Below, in pieces: positions 23,339-36,625 of a DNA stretch of 64,000 nucleotides (position 1 is the stretch's first letter; the number at the start of each line of letters is the position of its first letter). The translations under genes were made by a program, and so were the position numbers. The stretch is from Toensbergia leucococca (Eukaryota), in the NCBI GenBank assembly GCA_022813965.1, contig JALDZS010000054.1:62001-126000 (forward strand). The letters run 5' to 3'. Under the pieces are notes generated by a model. The model was not told the origin of the DNA and did no database searches. It was given only the letters and a program-made list of their open reading frames with translations.

Positions 23339-25117
23339 CTAAGCCCCAAACCACTCCCCACTCAACCAACGATTGAAAAACTCCAAACTCGCCTCCGGCT
23401 GATCCAACGGCACCATATGACCCCCAGCATGCAGACTCATAAACGTGAAATTGCCACTGCTCTTGACCTTGCCAATCTTGCGGCCGTCACCGTCAAGTCG
23501 CAAGTCCTCGAGGTCGACTTTGTTGAAGGCTTTTTGGCCGGGCCATTCGAGCGCTTCCGTCCACGCGTGGTTGCCGAGCCAGTTGCAGATGAAGTCTGCG
23601 TCGCCCTGTTTGGGAGGATCAGCTGCGTTAGCAAATTGGTTGAGTTTGGAAGGGGGGAGGGAAAGGGGGTCCGGAGAAAGGGATGGGGACTCGACTTACA
23701 GCGTAGATTAAGACTGGGAGTTGCTCGAGGATGGAAGGCACCAAGCGGTGGAAAGGTTTCATCCAGTCACCTTGAAAGAGGAAATTCCGGTTGATGTCAA
23801 AGTTGCAACTATCGTAATTATCGACTTCAGCGCCAAGGGCCTTGAGTACTTCGGGCTTGTTGAGCCATTTGGTGATGTAGCCAAGCTGGGAGTAGCAAAG
23901 GGATCCCTCATCTTCGCATTTGGCACGGACGTCGTAGACGTTTTGACCAGTGCGCTGGTACGGCTGAAGGAGAGCGTTGTTGCAGTAGATGGAGGCTGGG
24001 ACACAGGACCAGACGCTGTCGGTATTGTAACAGTTCTCGATGAGGGATAAGCAGCGGGGTAGAGCATTGTCCATCGATTGACATTCACTTTCTTCAAGAA
24101 CGGCAGGCCAACCACCATCGCCACACGCCATAGGTCTATAGTATGAGTATTGGGTCAACCCATCCGTGAGACCATTGCCGATGAGGACGGACTTGAGATT
24201 GATGTTCCTCTTCTTGTGGCTCAAGATCTCGGTGGTAAAGACAGGAATGTAATGGCCAGCATATGACTCTCCAGCAATATGAAAATCTTGCGTAGCATAT
24301 TCTGGGAATTGCTTGAAGAACAGTGTGAGGAGGGCATAAACGTCCTTGCCGGCGGCGATGGTATTACTGACCGTGCCACCGCTGTAGGAGAAGCCGACAT
24401 TAACGGGCTGATCGAGGAAGATGACAGAAGCATTGGAGTTCCAAGAGTATGGATTGTAAACGAGTTTCAAGTCTTCATCGACACTGGATGGACCTAGCTC
24501 GAGGAAGAGACCTGTCAAAGATGAGCATCCAGGGCCACCATTGAGCCATAGAACGACGGGATCATTCTTAGGATCGTTGCGGGACTCGAAGAACCCTAGA
24601 AACAAACATTAGTATCATCAAGCAGCATCTTTGTAATACGATTAGACCTACAGTAAAACAGATGCTTGTCGTGCTCCTCATCGTCAAGATATCCGCTATA
24701 CTGCTTGACGCCTGGATCAACACCAAGACCACTTGGATCTACCTTCTTTGCTCTCAGATTGTAGTTCTCAAGTTTTCCATCAATCTCTCTCTCTTGTTCT
24801 CCATCAGCGTTCTCCACCCACACGCTTTGGATATCGGCGCCCTTAATAACATGGTCCCACGTGCTCTCGGGTCTGCGAGTATGTTTTTTTGGCAGCGAAA
24901 ACACGCTACCCTTTGCCATGGCCTCGGGAAAGAGTCCGGCAACCTCATCCCATACGGCACGAACTTCTGAACTGAGTGTCTCCAGGGGACTTTGGAGTCT
25001 GTGAAAAGGCCTGGACAGGGCCTCGGAGACCTGTTTGGGCTGCTGCAAGACATGCTGCTGTTGCGAAACCGCAGCGGCAGCTACTCCTACTAGGAGCGAT
25101 GATGCAAGGACCTTCAT
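23339..25117 (-). CDS. cpyA: Vacuolar carboxypeptidase Y (peptidase S10) precursor
   Basis: Signal peptide [11 protein letters not shown]. Introns 24651-24596 and 23699-23606. Motifs [37 protein letters not shown]. Confidence 0.95.
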
Positions 25118-25920
25118 TTCCCAGGATAAACTGCTAGAACGGCAAGAAGTAGACAAGACCTGGTGCTTTGGCGCTTGAACGGATTGGTGATATTTCGAAT
25201 TGAGTATAACTTGTCAAGACTTAGAAGATGTTGAGTAGATGTAAAGGACATAGAAGAGCAGTGATTGAAGATGAAGCTGGAGATGTGTCGATGGAGTGGG
25301 AGGCAGTCGATTAGGCGCCACAGCAACCGTCGACTGACGCATGCACAAGCTTAGCTTATCTTTGGTGGCACAAGCCCTACCTAAGCTAAGACCAAGACAG
25401 GAGGCACGGAGTAGTTGATCCCCAATACAACAACAACGCCTTACCAAAATGCCTGTCGCTATGATTGAAGGATCAAACAAAGCTACAAGCAACACATTTT
25501 AATCGTTCGAAATAACGTTCCTTAAATGTCTCTTGACGTCAACAACCTTCAAGACTATGCCAAAGACAATACAATCAACTATGAAGAGTCATTGTATCAA
25601 GAAAAAGACAGCTGCCTGCGTGTGTGGTCTATACTCAGAAATGGCCTTGAGGAACGAAGCTAGGCAGTGCTGTGTTGATTATTTGAAAGGTTGTCACTTG
25701 TCAGGGGGCCAGAGAAAGGGGTGTAAATGATATACTGGAGGGTATTGAATAATTCCAGCAGCAGTCCTTTTATCCAGAATCACAAAACAAGCCCAAAAGT
25801 CCACAGCCAATATATGTAAAAGCTGTTTCCCGGTCTAAGAGACTCCCCTCTCTCCCTGCTATGTTCCCCCCTTCCCTCCCCAAATTCTTCCCAAAATCTT
25901 ACCGAACATGCCTCTATCCT

Positions 25921-26979
25921 CTACTCGCCCCCAAATCGCCCAACAACTTCTCCCACCATGTTTAAAAGCTTTTCCTTCCTCTCCTCTGAACACCAACTCC
26001 CCTCAACCCCCGCCCGAGCAATCCACTCCCAGTCCTTAATCTCTAACCCAAAAGCCTCCTGAACAGCACAATAGTTGTCCAAAATGTATCCCCCAAAATA
26101 AGCCGGATCATCGCTATTAATTGAAAACCTCACTCTTGCCTCCAGGAATGCCCGGATCGGCAACTCCCCCACATTCCGCACTCCCTTCAACCTCACATTA
26201 CTCAATGGGCACACCGTAACCAGCAACTGCCTTCTCGCGACCTCGGCCACCAACGCCGGGTCCTCCACCATCTTGACCCCATGATCAATCCTTTCAACAC
26301 CCAACGTATCCAACGCGGCCCTCACAAATTCTGCTCCACCCTCCTCTCCGGCATGCGCCGTCCGCCTAGTGCCCATTTCGCGCGCCTGCTCGAATACTCC
26401 CTTGAACAACTCAGGCGGAAAGTCCTTCTCGCTAGAATCAAGCCCCACACCCGCCAAGACCTGCTCTTTCAAGTTATTCTCTGCAAGAGAAAGCGTCTTC
26501 CCCGCCTCGGCAGCAGGCAAATGTCTCAAAAAGCACAAAATCAACCCAGTACTCATGCTCAGCTCGTTTTCCGCGCGCCGACACGCCCTTGTAAACCCTT
26601 CTACCACAACCTCATATTCCACCCCTCTCCCTGTATGCGCCTGTGGGTCAAAAAATACCTCGGCATGCACAACGCCATCTTTCTTCGCCCGAACAAAATA
26701 CTCCCAAGCTAGCTGCTCAAAGTCTTCAACGTGCAACAGGACGCTCATACCAATATAGTAGAATTGCAAGAAGTCATCGAGAGAGGCGAAGTCGTCATAC
26801 CGGGCTAAGAGGGTAGTGGGAGAGGCAAAAGCGGGATCCGTGGTTTCAGCGGGAAGAGCGATGTTATTGCGGGCAGCAAGGGTGAAGAGGAGATCGGGAG
26901 TCAGGGCGCCTTCGAGGTGGATGTGATGTTCGCATTTCGGAAGAGCGGCGAGAAAAGGATGGAGGGGGGAGAAGCACAT
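25921..26979 (-). CDS. AAH1: Adenine deaminase (adenosine deaminase superfamily)
   Basis: First ATG 26979 (MCFSPLHPFLAALPKCEHHIHLEGAL). Motifs EVFFDPQAH, TAHAGEEG, RIDHG, CPLSN, NSDDPAYFGGY. Intronless. Confidence 0.92.
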   Translation of the reverse strand: MCFSPLHPFLAALPKCEHHIHLEGALTPDLLFTLAARNNIALPAETTDPAFASPTTLLARYDDFASLDDFLQFYYIGMSVLLHVEDFEQLAWEYFVRAKKDGVVHAEVFFDPQAHTGRGVEYEVVVEGFTRACRRAENELSMSTGLILCFLRHLPAAEAGKTLSLAENNLKEQVLAGVGLDSSEKDFPPELFKGVFEQAREMGTRRTAHAGEEGGAEFVRAALDTLGVERIDHGVKMVEDPALVAEVARRQLLVTVCPLSNVRLKGVRNVGELPIRAFLEARVRFSINSDDPAYFGGYILDNYCAVQEAFGLEIKDWEWIARAGVEGSWCSEERKEKLLNMVGEVVGRFGGE

Positions 26980-27914
26980 TTTTGGTAGCGGAGAGCGGGG
27001 CTCAGGGATTTTGTGTACAGGCTCAACAGGCGCGCTGGTAGGTAATTGTGAGAAGTTTGGGATAGGTTTATGAGAAAGGAATCTGCCCGTTTCATTGTTG
27101 AAAAGCTCTGCATGTTGCCGGCTGTACACAACTGACCGAGTTGCGAGGCTGACGGTGGATTCGCTACGCTTCCCCAATCAGAGTGATCTTTCTTTCCTAG
27201 AGGTGGTCTCGAATTCGCGTTGCGAGTGTCTAATTCCGACCAGGCTTATGTTAAGTGGAGCGCTGACCTGCAGGTGCTTCGGCAATTACCTTAGAAGAAA
27301 ACTCGGTGCGGGGCCGGAGATTTGCATGCAAATCATAATTTCATCAAGTAGATCCCGCCCTTCGCCACTCCGAGCCTTAACCCTAAACTACGTTGAATTC
27401 AACGTCAATATGGGCCATGACATTGTGGAAGGAATTGGTGACGAGACCAAATTATAATCAAATGGCGATTGTGAAGTTTCAAGGGGAAAGAGGAAGGGGC
27501 TGGAGTGGTATAGAGATGAGATGGAGCTGAATGCCGTGGGAATGGAGATTTGATTCTACTACCACGCCACGTAGTTGTGCAGACAAATAGGTTCAAGTCA
27601 CAAACACCAACAGAGCCAGCTTCATCAACTGTTCATCGCAGCAACGAGATGGGCATCATGGACTATTCTTTGCTTTTCTCCCGCTACAGCATCTATCAAG
27701 GTTCACTTGAATTATGTTGGGACCTTTACACATTTCACATTCTTCCGTCATCATTGCCTTCATCATTTTTTCTTCCTTGTTGATGCACAACCTTCCAAGG
27801 AGATCGTCAGAGCATGGACAGTCATGTCCATGCAATCATAGCGCCAGGCTAGGGTCATAGAATTCAGACAACGCTCCGACTGAGTTGTTCGTGAATCGAG
27901 AAGTGAGAAAGCTT

Positions 27915-29732
27915 CTAACACACAGCATGAGTCTGAGACACATGATAATTAGCTTTCTATCGGCAGCAAGAACTTTAAAGAAGAGTACAATACCTTTCCT
28001 GTCTTGCCCTGTAAGGAGTGCTTCTCCTTCTTGTAGTGGGGGTGATTGTGTTTAGACTTGCCGCTGGCAGTCGCATGAGTCTTGACATGCCTGTTACGCT
28101 TGTCAACTCCAGAACATTTTCCAAAAACAGAATGTGAGCACAATCTTACTCGCTATGTTCCTCGACTCGCTTTGAATCCATTTCGTTCAAAGTAGATATA
28201 GCCAGCTTGATATCAGAAATCAAAGTGTCGCATCTACTCCTGGAAAAATCCTCTCTCACAACGACTCTCATAAGTTTCAGCCCTTCACTATGCGGGGCCA
28301 TTGTATAAGCCGGCACAACCCAGCCTCTCTCTCTGAGTTGATGCGCTACTGCGAATTCGTCGTATTTGTGGCCCTTCTTTGGGTCTAGGCGGAAGGCTAC
28401 CAATGGCAATCCCTCTCCGCTGCCCTTGCTCATAATGATGAAACCTAGCTGTTGGAGCGATGCAGCAAGATAATCCGCCGTACGTGTAAGGTTCATCATA
28501 ATGGAACGGTACCCTCGCTTACCAAGACGTATCATCTGGTAGTATTGACCAATGACTTGGGAGGCACCTTTGGAAAAATTCAGGGTGAAGGACGCTTGAT
28601 CTGCTCCGAGGTAGTTAATGTTGAAGACGAGCTCTTTGGGCAGAAACTCTGGATCACGCCAGACGATCCAGCCGACGCCGGGATAGACCTAATATGCGAA
28701 ATCAGCCTAGAACGATCGAGGAGTTAGAATTATACGTACTAAACCGTACTTATGACCGGAAACATTGATCGAAATGACTTTTTCCAAACGAAAGTCCCAT
28801 ACTAGATCCGGAACGACAAATGGAGCTACAAATCCTCCGCTAGCTGCATCGACGTGAATAGGGCAGTCGATGTTTTTCTCAACCAAAAGGTCGTTGATAG
28901 CTTTGACATCTTCATACTCTCCAGTATAAGTGGTCCCAATGATGGCACATATCCCAATGGTGTTCTCGTCGACCAATTTCACGGCCTCTTCGGGATCAAT
29001 GACATAGCGATCCTGTGTACAGAATACATACTTCTCCTCGACTTCGAAATATCTCGCGGCTTTTTCCCAGCATACCTGGACTGCCGAATTCATGACAATA
29101 TTAGGCTTCGAGTAATCCTTACCCTCTGCTTTGCGCTTGTTTTGCCAGCGTTTCTTCATGGCAAGAGTTCCTAACATGATTGCTTCGCTAGAGCCAACGG
29201 TACTCGTACCCATAGCATTTTCTTCATCACTATGGGTGGGAGCGTTGAACATGCGAGCGATCATAGAGACGCAACGATTCTGGATATCAGCAGTTTGAGG
29301 ATACTCTTCGTAGTCGATGAAGTTTTTCGGAAGTGCTTCGGCCATGAGCTTCTCCACTTCTTCTTCCTAGTCCAAAATTAAATGAAGCTAGTTAAAGTAA
29401 AGAGGCTCTGCTGACCATGTATGTAGTTACAAAACTGGCAAGATTGAGCATTGGATTACCTGTAAGGTGAGCTAATCAGAAGTGCATGATTTTGACGGTT
29501 TGCACTGACCGTCGAGGGTCAAATCATCTTTGATCATGCGGTATGCAACTTCTTTGGGCATCTCTTGCTCGGGCATCTCATGCTTTGGCAATTCCTCAGC
29601 AGCAAATCGTGATCCATAGACCGAGACGAGGACCTCGTCCTCACCGGGCTGTTCGAGCTTAATCTTTTCCATACCCTTGACCAGGGGAGCATCGACAGCA
29701 CTGTCATTCGGGACGCTGGCAAGGTGGACCAT
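27915..29732 (-). CDS. GAD1: Glutamate decarboxylase (PLP-dependent)
   Basis: Six exons (introns 29509-29460, 29415-29367, 28739-28689, 28149-28091, 27993-27933). Motifs [28 protein letters not shown] lysine in SGHKYG. Ends GKTHAVC*. Confidence 0.95.
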
Positions 29733-30605
29733 TTTGGCGGTCGGGAGATGTGCAAAGTTAATGAATAGGTAGGAGGTTCTACGATGGTGGTATTAGAGGA
29801 GGGGTTGAAGAATGTAGCAAGGAAATTTCATTTTCAACAAGTGGGTACGGGTAGGTCCTCGAGCTTAGCTTCACCCCACGCACGAGCTTGATCTGATTTG
29901 CTGGTAGCCCCAGGATTATGGAAGCCGGGATTCTTCCTTGGCAAAGCTTATCATTCAGGGGCTAGGCCTTTCATGACGACAGGCTTAATGACGTGGTGAA
30001 CCATGCCAGTAACATTAGCATTATCTCAATTTCAGATCTGCATACTCCGTACATTGTGCTATGCTAATCCTACCTTTTACAATCATCACATCTTGTTGTC
30101 GTTGGTCCTTCACACCTTCACCTTGACTATTGCTGCCATAAACGTTCGCGTTTTGGAGCAGATACTCGTATCCGGCCGCTTCCGGGATTAGGAATCTTGA
30201 GAACCGTGCCCTACTCCACGTTACCTTATCTGCCATGTAAGGTACTTTTGAACTAATGCAGGCTTGATACACGCAATAAATTTAGAGGACGCATGTGTTG
30301 TCATGAAATCGATTCAATGAGATCTCACAAAACCATGGTTGTTCCGAAATCATGCATGAAAGAGTTGAATTTGTTTTTACATGTCAGCTATTCGACATCA
30401 GTGCTGCATGTAACATGAGCTGGTAAACGCTCGCAATCGCACACAATTATATTTCCGCAATACCAATACCAGAGGGTTCTTAAAGCCATAGAGTCATAAA
30501 GAGCCTGGAGCTGTTCAAGTACTGGGAATGAAACTCCCTTTTAGGGTTCAGGCACTGCACGGAGCACAATAAAGGGTCTCCATGGTAGGAGCAGATACCC
30601 AAGAT

Positions 30606-33600
30606 TCAGTAGTTCTCCGTACCAGGGCCAGTGTGAGTAGTGCCCGACCCACGCATCCCGGCGATGTCTGCCTCGTTGCTTGTAGCCTCACCAGGGCCTG
30701 CATTCGACGGGTTACCGATACCACGACCATCGTGACCATGATAACCTGGGATTGGGTTGCCATCAGTACCGCCAGCACCATCGCCCTTGGATAGATCCAT
30801 AGGTAAACCAGTGTGAGGTTCAATAATACGACCGTCAGGAAGTTGCCCAGTGCCAGTCGTGCCGGAGCTCCCAGGCACAGCTTCATCAGAAACTGCGGTA
30901 ATCCCAGTACCTCCAGTAGCTTTGATGTGTGATCCAGTCATGTGTCCGTCTCCAGGTTGACCGCCAGACTGACCATAGCTGGCAGGAGGATCTTTGTGAA
31001 GTCTATTACGTTCGTGCTCATGCTTCTCATGTTCCGTAAGACCAACCGCTCCAGCTCCGGCGGCACCAACACCAGCAGCCTCAGCACCATGATGCGACCC
31101 AGAGCCATGACGTCCAGCTTCCTCCTCTTTGGAATCCTTGTCGGACTTATCACGATGGAGAAACCCAAAGAGACCTCCGTGCTTCTTCCCGTCCTGCTGC
31201 TCCTCTTTCTTTTCTTCCTTCTCCAAAGCCTTTTCGTGCTTCTTTTCGTCTTTTACTTCGTGCTTGTGGATATTCTTCTGTTCCCTCTCAAGCTCCTTCA
31301 TATGTTCTTTCTGCGCCTTCTCCGCTTCCTTCTTTGAGTATTCCGTTCCTGCAACAGCGCCCGCACCTGCGCCTGCGCCACCTACAAGAGCAGCGTCACG
31401 TCCAGTATGGCGATCGGTTGTACGATCGCGGTCATCATAGCCCGAGGAGGGGTAAGCAGATGTATCAGCCTTGGCGGTTGGCTGATGACGATCACGGTGC
31501 TGCTCAGCTTCGTATGCAGCAGCGCCGCCAGCTCCGGCCAAACCTGCATCACGTCCATAATGATGGCCCGTTCCAGTCTGCTGGTCGTAACTTGGTGCGT
31601 TACTTGAGCTCGTGCCCGAGATGCCAGAAGCTTGAGTTGGTTCATTTGGTTCATTATTGTTTTGATGATGCTTCTCAACTTCATAGGCAGCAGCACCGCC
31701 GGCTCCGGCTAGACCAGCGTCACGGCCATAATGATGACTAGATCCGGTCTGTTGATCGTAAATTGGCGTGTTGCTTGAAGTGGCTCCTGGAGTGGTTCCA
31801 GCTGTAGCACTGGTGGTAGTTCCTGAAAGACCAGAGGTTTGAGTGGGCTCGTTCTTGTTACGATGCTTCTCAACTTCATAGGCAGCGGCGCCACCAGCTC
31901 CAGCTAGGCCTGCGTCACGACCGTAATGATGATCTTTGTCTTTACCAGCGCCAGTCGTGCCGGTAGTTTGAGTGTTTGATGTGGAGTCGACGCGAGAGTC
32001 AACACCCGACGTACTATATGGATTGGAATAACCAGTTGCGGAAACACCTTCAGTAGCCGGCTCTTTGCGATCTCGTGTGTGTTTTTCGGCTTCGTAAGCT
32101 CCAGCACCCCCAGCACCGACCAAACCAGCGTCACGACCGTAGTGATGGTCTTTGACTGACCCTGTGGCAGAGGAATCAGTCATTCCTGAAGATCCTTCCT
32201 GCTTTGACAAACTAGAATCAACACGGGGATCCAATTTATTCAATAAGGCTGATCCGTGTGGCCCAGTAGAGCTTGGTGATGGTCCATCTGACGAAACACC
32301 AGACTGACCACGACTAGACTCATAAGCTCCAACACCTCCAGAACCAACTCCACCAGCTAGAGCAGCATCTCTACCCAAACGATGATCACCGCGCGGTTCG
32401 CTAGATTGATTGTCGGTGGAACCAAATCCAGTCCCAGTCGTTGTATCTTTGTTGCCGTGATGATGTCCGTGGTGGTGTCCATGGTGACCAGTACCAGTCG
32501 TGCTGCCTACAGCACCAATCTCGCTCTGCACATTTGGGTCAAGGCGATTTGCTGTGTCGGTAACGTGTGGACCAGTAGTGAAATGCGGCGCTCCTGTAAC
32601 CGCCGTCTCAGATCCACATGGATCACCTTCATAAGCATGGCCATGCTGATCATGTTTGTGTTGCCACGATTCTGGGCCATAGCCAGCAGTACCTGATCCG
32701 ATACCAGTGCTACCGGTGCCACCAGTGCCAGTACCGGTGCCGGTGCCAGAGCCAGCGCGACGGTCACGAAGCTCGTGTTCTGCTAATCCCCCAGTTCCGA
32801 CTGCACCAGCTCCAAGAGCGGTATCACGACCAAAGTTGCCTTGGTGAGATGAGCCAGTAGAGGGACCGGTGCCCGAACCATATCCAGTGGAACCGGCGGT
32901 ACGAGACCCGTCAAAATCACTATCAACACGAGGGTCGGTCTTATTTGCTAAGTTCGAAGAGTGTGGACCAGCTGTGTTAGTGCTAGTAGACGGATAGCCG
33001 GAGCTTGATGTGGTATCTGAGTTACCCCCCAAAGGAAAGGATCGATCAGAGCTCGATCCTACGTTTTCACGTTCACGGTCATGATGGTGATGAGCTGCTT
33101 CGCCTGCACCCAAAACGCCTGCACCGACAGTGGCATCGCGGCCAAGATGAGAAGATCCAGTAGTACCGCTCGTATTGTCATAACCGGAGCTAAAAGTTAT
33201 TCTTAGCTTCTGCAGACTTTGCCAGTATGGGAAATACTCACTTTCCAACGCTACGATCGGGAAGACTGCTTCCTGTCAAACCACTACCAGATCCGCTTGA
33301 AGGATTACCAGCAAAACCTTTTGACCCATCCAAATTGGAATCGACCGTCGGGTCTACACGATTTGCCAACTTGGAAGAGTGAGGTCCAGTTGTGGTGTTG
33401 CTATCAGTGCCAATCATTCCTGGCTCACGGGGCAGAGGCTTATTGACGTCTAACGGGTCACTAGTGCCTGAGGACCCGGTTAGTCTTGATCCGGACGGTT
33501 GATTGCCTGGCACACCGGATCTGACGGCAGTAGTGCTGGCAGCATCGTCATCGAAACCACCGGGCATACGAGAAGCGGATGTTGAATTACCTGAAGCGTA

Positions 33601-33921
33601 TTTGTCTGATCCCATTAGCCCACCACTACTTACGTTCTGCCCAGTGCCAGTAGTGTTAGTGCCATAGCCAGAGGTACTATTAGGACTAGTGGTGGACGAG
33701 AGAGTGTTATCTCCTCCAGTACGTGAAGTTCCGAAGTGGCTACCCTGACCAGAAGTAGCTCCAGTGTTGCCTGAGTGGACAGGATCGTCAGATTGTCCAG
33801 AGCCGTACAAGACTTCATCGTCCTTCTTGCCGCCAGGGTTACTGTAGAGATCATATTAGTAGGTGTTCAAAAACAACAAGTTGAATCGGTACGCTTACAG
33901 CATATTCTTGATCTTCTCCAT
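30606..33921 (-). CDS. Large Gly/Ser/Thr/His-rich dehydrin-like protein (DPR repeats), ~1068 aa
   Basis: Exons 33921-33899, 33841-33242, 33189-30606 (3207 nt). DPR-type repeats GPHSSKLANRVDPTVDS, GPHSSNLANKTDPRVDSD, GPHVTDTANRLDPNV, GPHGSALLNKLDPRVDS. Four HHYGRDAGLxGAGGAxAYE repeats and a Lys/Glu/His-rich helix. Confidence 0.85.
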
Positions 33922-35081
33922 GCTTGGGGACAATGTGGAGGTATCAAGGTAGTCAAGCAGTTGTCAGAGATCACAAGCTGTCGTTGATGAAAGAGAGAGC
34001 AAGTAGTTTAGAACAAGGTGGGTTTGATGTGTCAAGAGATGTAAAGAGAGAATGGAAGTAAGGTGTGTTAAGTCAAAGCCAGCTGAAGTGGGAGTCACTG
34101 TGTAAATAAAGTGGCACCGTGAATCATTATGGCATTCACTATCGCCAAACCAAGGCAGCACCACAAGTTATCGGCTTCACAATTCAGGCTTGTTTACATG
34201 GTGATGTCATTGGCGTCACTTGTTCATGAGAACCTTAGAACGTGCAGCGCGAATGAAGTGTACCTACCAATCAGGTCTGACCACTGAACATCGCTTTTCC
34301 TGCACGCGGCTCAATTGACTATTCTACATTGAATGAGGAGGAGGAAGGGCATCCGGTTTGGGGACCATGCAGACCAAGCTCACCGCTGTTCACCATCCAT
34401 CTACTACCTACTCTCGACTGTAGAGGTTAAACTTCGTAAATAGGCTCTGGGGTAGTTTGATTGTAAAGCAACTTTCTAGATTGCATCAAGCTTGGTGTGT
34501 TTCTGAGGCACGGATTTATACCCCACTTTGCATCATCATGCATGGTGCATGGCCTAGATTTCAGCCACACGACCCTATCTAGCCACTTTGTGATCACCCA
34601 GTGCCACACTACCACACTACGGCGAAAGATCAAGGCACTTCCGAACTCCGCACAAGGAATCTTGTACATTTACGCCATATCCATGATTGTTAGCTCAATA
34701 TTCAAAAGTATCTGTGACTTGACGACTACACGAAATTAAGGAAAAGTTGAAGAAGCTTGGACTTTGAATGCGGAACACATCCACATTCTAGATTTCGTTA
34801 TTTGAAATCTCTAGGATGCATAGAATAGCCGCCTCTCTATTCTAATTCCTGTTCCTACAGACTTGCCAGTCCTTGAATGATTACAGGATCCACAACCATG
34901 ACCGCAAAGCTATTGATCCTCTAGAACTGTACACGTTGGCCATCCGCTGACAGCGTCAAATAAGCCCCTACCATTACCTTAAACCATGCATGTGTAGAAC
35001 GAAGAACTCCATATCAAGAATCCTCCAAAATGCCTGGCATGCTGTTCTTAACTCCTCAATCATATACAATTTGACAAAGAT

Positions 35082-35733
35082 TTAGGCTCTTAGCTGACTT
35101 CTTGATAGAGCTAAGCTCAGCTCTTCTTCCGTAAAAGGCTGATGATTTTCCTCGTTCTTTACATGTCCATTCGTAATCGTCTTCGCTGCTTCAAGGGTTT
35201 CTCCTCCGGCGCTTGCCGCCGTGAGTGGTCTTCGCCCCTCATCAAACGTATGCTGTCTCGACAAACCCACTGCAGAGGTTGTCAGTACTGCTCCATTTCT
35301 GCCTTGAGATGGTCCTCGCACCATTTGCAACATCATCGTCTCCCTCAAGATTCTCCGCCACAATTCCATCCATCCGACTGTGCTGCCTACTTCTCGGACC
35401 AGCTTTATCCCCTGAATTCTGCCGACTTGCAATACTACCCACACGACTTGGTATCCTCGATCCCATTGGGCTATATTGGCTCTGACCACTTTTTCTCCTC
35501 CCTAACCATCCGTCGGCAAAACTAAAGGCAGATAACTTGTCTTGATGCTCTTTGTTGTACGCGCTGCGGTATTTGGGTTTGGGCATTTCGCCCGGCTTGT
35601 ATATATTGTCAGGGAGTTCTTTCTGCTTTTTAGATTTCTTCGAGGAGGCTTTGGATGGAACAGGTACGAGGTCGGAACCTTCGGTGCTAGAAGTACGGCC
35701 AAAGGCCCTTTTCATCTTTGCTCGGAAGGGCAT
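35082..35733 (-). CDS. Conserved fungal hypothetical protein (199 aa)
   Basis: Exons 35733-35322 and 35269-35082 (intron GTGCGA...ACTGAC...CAG). Motifs IYKPGEMPKPKYR, HQDKLSAFSF, YSPMGSR. Confidence 0.75.
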
Positions 35734-36625
35734 TTTGGATTATAAAAAACGTAATCACAAGTAGAAGAGGAATATGAAGGTATGTAGAGTTTCAAAAGGC
35801 AATGCTTCGCCTCGGAACGGTTAAGGTCACAGATGAGCGGGCTTCGCCGCTTAGTTTTACCCCGAGAATTGGGCCGTTTTGTCATGTGAAAGGGAAAATC
35901 AGACAGCTCGATGTCGACGTGTTGCACCTTGGTCGCATTCTCGAATGGAGACTCGGCACCTGTATGTAGCGTCTTCTCGAAGCAGTGCTGGTACGATGGT
36001 GATGGATTTATAATGGGAAATGTGTGGGGTCCACCCGTTCCTTTTGTGGGGTAGCGGCAAGGGTAGCATGCTGGGCCGCAATTCTGTTGACTGCTGTTCC
36101 CAGTCGTCCAACCAACCCATAAAGTAGGTAAATATACATAAAACAGTCTGGTTGCCTACTATACGCAAGTATGATGGACGTTGAGTACAAAGCTTCTCCA
36201 TGACATCACCTTGGACAGATCGTGATACTGGACTGACTGCTGAAATTACTCCCTCACCCAACAGGGTGGTAGTCCCGATTCCTCCGGACCTCGGATGTCG
36301 TTGAGATACCTACATTAATATAGATGTGCACGTATCATGTACGTGGGTGTAAATGAGCAATGGTGTGCAGTAACATGGTCAAACTCATTACCTCACGTAC
36401 TTTGATATGCTCAATCTAAAAAATCCTGCATTAACTTTTCGGTTGTTATGCACTTCTTCCTCCATGGATTATGCTAGACCAAAGTCCATATTATACACGC
36501 AGTGTTCCGTACATCTGGTCGGTTTTGCGGTGAAGAAGTGGATCAGCAGATGATCCTGCAGCGATCAGAGTAAGAATCCTAAATTTAATCGACTCATCAC
36601 GAGTCGAGAGATATTACTCGCGCTC

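Noticed and set aside
26980..27177. 66-aa N-terminal extension of adenine deaminase in the ORF track
   Set aside because: Starts at TTG and has no recognisable targeting signal. The family-like sequence begins at ATG 26979.
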